Positions 60,991 through 64,000 of a stretch of 64,000 nt of DNA are shown here, piece by piece. The stretch lies in assembly GCA_977016875.1 (NCBI GenBank), contig CDRNST010000226.1, positions 744,001 through 808,000 of the forward strand, in the 5' to 3' direction. Positions within the stretch are counted from its first letter, which is position 1. Every line of letters starts with the position of its first letter. A program made the translations under genes and the position numbers. The notes under the pieces are model-generated. The model saw nothing but the letters and a program-made list of their open reading frames with translations. It was not told where the DNA came from and did not search any database. The stretch comes from Pavona decussata (taxonomy: Eukaryota).

Positions 60991-61521
60991 CTACTACCAT
61001 CTGCGATGGTCTCTAGATCTTGGTAGCCGTTCAGTTATTAATTCTTTCATCCGAAGTTCAAGTACAGTATTTGGATTTCAGGCTGCGCAGAAAGACGGCC
61101 AACTTGGCGGGACAGAACAGAAACGACATTCATAGTACAGCTGAAAGTATTAAAGGGGGAGTGGCACGTAAGTTTGATGTCATTTTAAAACCCAAAAATG
61201 TTTGTCCGCCAACAGAAACAAAAAAGATAATTGTCTAATGTTATATATCATCGCCCCAGTGCAATAAAATTGTCGATTGGTGGCTCTGTCCAGAGACAGC
61301 CGGAGTAGGTCGGAATGAATTGAAACTTGAAAAAAGTTAGGCTAACGTTGCGGTCTCCCTGTCTAAACGTCAGTTATTACTTTTTCTTACTTTTCCTGTG
61401 CCTGCCAAATATTGTCTCCGTCCGACCCACCCAGATTTTGGCGAAAAAAAAAAACACTAAAACAAATTAGTGCTAATATTATAAAAGCTAATACTATGCA
61501 TTAGGTCCTAACATTAGCTTG

Positions 61522-61580
61522 TCGTTAGGCTTAGTTACGATTAGGGTTAGGGTAGGGTTAGCTAGGGTTAGAGTTAGGTG
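61522..61580 (+). repeat. Degenerate interstitial (TTAGGG)-like tract
   Basis: TTAGGGTTAGGGTAGGGTTAGCTAGGGTTAGAGTTAGG. Confidence 0.65.
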
Positions 61581-62077
61581 TTGGGGCTCACGACACGTAA
61601 AAAAATCAAACAGTGCTCAACGTTTTGGGTTTACGCAAGCTTTTCATACGTTTCTTCCTACATTATTTTTGTACGTGAAGGCGACTAAATTATGTCCGCA
61701 CGCACATAAAATTGGCGCAACGATAGAAACTCGTTGGCTTCGCCGATAATACACAAATAAGGGAGCTTGCCTAGAGGCTTCTTTCCCAGCGCTATTTCTC
61801 GATAGAAGTTGTTTACACTGATTTCTCCGTTTCATTACGAGGTTGCCATTTTCCCCCGATATCTCCCGACGTAATACATTTCTGTCGTTTCAGCGTATTG
61901 CACATCAGCATGTTTTACCTTTCCATTTTTGTGTTGTGTCCTTTTTGCGTTTTGTAATGTTTATGTTGTTTTTGTATGACGACTAAGGAAAACTTGTAAC
62001 TCTTCACTCAAACAGAAAACGTCACATTAAAATCATCAACAAAGAACTTGCTCACTTGAGGTCACCAAGTACACCTG

Positions 62078-64000
62078 TTTTAAGTACAAACAATGCCCTA
62101 AGAAAATTTTTTAGTTTTGACCCAAAAGTGCAAAAAAGTGACTTTATCCTTTGTGGGCTATTTCTTTGTCCCCTGTCCCTTGGGAGGCCTGAAAAGTGTC
62201 CCCGGGGATGTTTTAAGACACGCTGAATTGATTGAGACCTTTTTCAGGAATATTTTTTCGGGGTCCAAAAATCGACTTTTTCCTCCGTGGGGGTACGGGC
62301 AATTTTGCCAAAAATGGCCAAATTTTGAAAAATTTTCAAGTTTGCATTTTTCACTCGGTTAAGTCCCTATGGACCTCAGGTTGTCGAAAACATCACTGGG
62401 GAATCATTTTTAAGTACAAACAATGCCCTAAGAAAATTTTTTAGTTTTGACCCAAAAGTGCAAAAAAGTGACTTTATCCTTTGTGGGCTATTTCTTTGTC
62501 CCCTGTCCCTTGGGAGGCCTGAAAAGTGTCCCCGGGGATGTTTTAAGACACGCTGAATTGATTGAGACCTTTTTCAGGAATATTTTTTCGGGGTCCAAAA
62601 ATCGACTTTTTCCTCCGTGGGGGTACGGGCAATTTTGCCAAAAATGGCCAAATTTTGAAAAATTTTCAAGTTTGCATTTTTGACTCGGTTAAGTCCCTAT
62701 GGACCTCAGGTTGTCGAAAACATCACTGGGGAATCATTTTTAAGTACAAACAATGCCCTAAGAAAATTTTTTAGTTTTGACCCAAAAGTGCAAAAAAGTG
62801 ACTTTATCCTTTGTGGGCTATTTCTTTGTCCCCTGTCCCTTGGGAGGCCTGAAAAGTGTCCCCGGGGATGTTTTAAGACACGCTGAATTGATTGAGACCT
62901 TTTTCAGGAATATTTTTTCGGGGTCCAAAAATCGACTTTTTCCTCCGTGGGGGTACGGGCAATTTTGCCAAAAATGGCCAAATTTTGAAAAATTTTCAAG
63001 TTTGCATTTTTGACTCGGTTAAGTCCCTATGGACCTCAGGTTGTCGAAAACATCACTGGGGAATCATTTTTAAGTACAAACAATGCCCTAAGAAAATTTT
63101 TTAGTTTTGACCCAAAAGTGCAAAAAAGTGACTTTATCCTTTGTGGGCTATTTCTTTGTCCCCTGTCCCTTGGGAGGCCTGAAAAGTGTCCCCGGGGATG
63201 TTTTAAGACACGCTGAATTGATTGAGACCTTTTTCAGGAATATTTTTTCGGGGTCCAAAAATCGACTTTTTCCTCCGTGGGGGTACGGGCAATTTTGCCA
63301 AAAATGGCCAAATTTTGAAAAATTTTCAAGTTTGCATTTTTGACTCGGTTAAGTCCCTATGGACCTCAGGTTGTCGAAAACATCACTGGGGAATCATTTT
63401 TAAGTACAAACAATGCCCTAAGAAAATTTTTTAGTTTTGACCCAAAAGTGCAAAAAAGTGACTTTATCCTTTGTGGGCTATTTCTTTGTCCCCTGTCCCT
63501 TGGGAGGCCTGAAAAGTGTCCCCGGGGATGTTTTAAGACACGCTGAATTGATTGAGACCTTTTTCAGGAATATTTTTTCGGGGTCCAAAAATCGACTTTT
63601 TCCTCCGTGGGGGTACGGGCAATTTTGCCAAAAATGGCCAAATTTTGAAAAATTTTCAAGTTTGCATTTTTGACTCGGTTAAGTCCCTATGGACCTCAGG
63701 TTGTCGAAAACATCACTGGGGAATCATTTTTAAGTACAAACAATGCCCTAAGAAAATTTTTTAGTTTTGACCCAAAAGTGCAAAAAAGTGACTTTATCCT
63801 TTGTGGGCTATTTCTTTGTCCCCTGTCCCTTGGGAGGCCTGAAAAGTGTCCCCGGGGATGTTTTAAGACACGCTGAATTGATTGAGACCTTTTTCAGGAA
63901 TATTTTTTCGGGGTCCAAAAATCGACTTTTTCCTCCGTGGGGGTACGGGCAATTTTGCCAAAAATGGCCAAATTTTGAGAAATTTTCAAGTTTGCATTTT
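62078..64000. repeat. 330-bp tandem satellite, ~5.8 near-identical copies, continuing past the window
   Basis: Exact 330-bp period (62101, 62431, 62761...). Only two substitutions noticed, at ~62352 and ~63979. Confidence 0.97.

Noticed and set aside
61522-61580. True telomere or telomerase RNA template
   Set aside because: Short, degenerate and internal, with no supporting structure.
62117-63876. Repeated 68-81-aa ORFs, or a CRISPR-like array
   Set aside because: Pure tandem satellite with no unique spacers; the ORFs start at non-ATG codons.

Overview
AT-rich, intron-containing animal DNA. The repeat families look like those of a cnidarian, probably a stony coral (inference). There are eight protein-coding loci, in order: a Mab-21/cGAS-like gene running off the left edge (+); PAAT/C10orf88 (8 exons, -); an intronless CHMP4/Snf7 (-) head-to-head with NAAA (3 exons, +); two tandem intronless class-A GPCRs (-); eIF3a (about 22 exons over 25 kb, -) head-to-head with a steryl-sulfatase-like arylsulfatase (3 exons, +). 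The window ends in a near-perfect 330-bp satellite. Introns are full of DNA-transposon derivatives: a 4.2-kb Kolobok-like element nested in a MITE, AcademH-like TAGC elements with 9-bp TSDs, Merlin-, hAT-, Tc1- and Harbinger-like MITEs and a Helitron. SINEs and a Penelope fragment with a hammerhead-like motif are also present. Best hidden signals: (1) two paralogous C/D-box snoRNAs in adjacent eIF3a introns, sharing an 11-nt guide complementary to 18S rRNA, plus weaker snoRNA candidates; (2) an intronless CHMP4 with degenerate VPS4/ALIX motifs; (3) a Mab21/cGLR protein with a non-canonical active site; (4) decayed tandem copies of an eIF3a exon end; (5) a GC-AG intron. All exon boundaries were read by eye and no searches were run.
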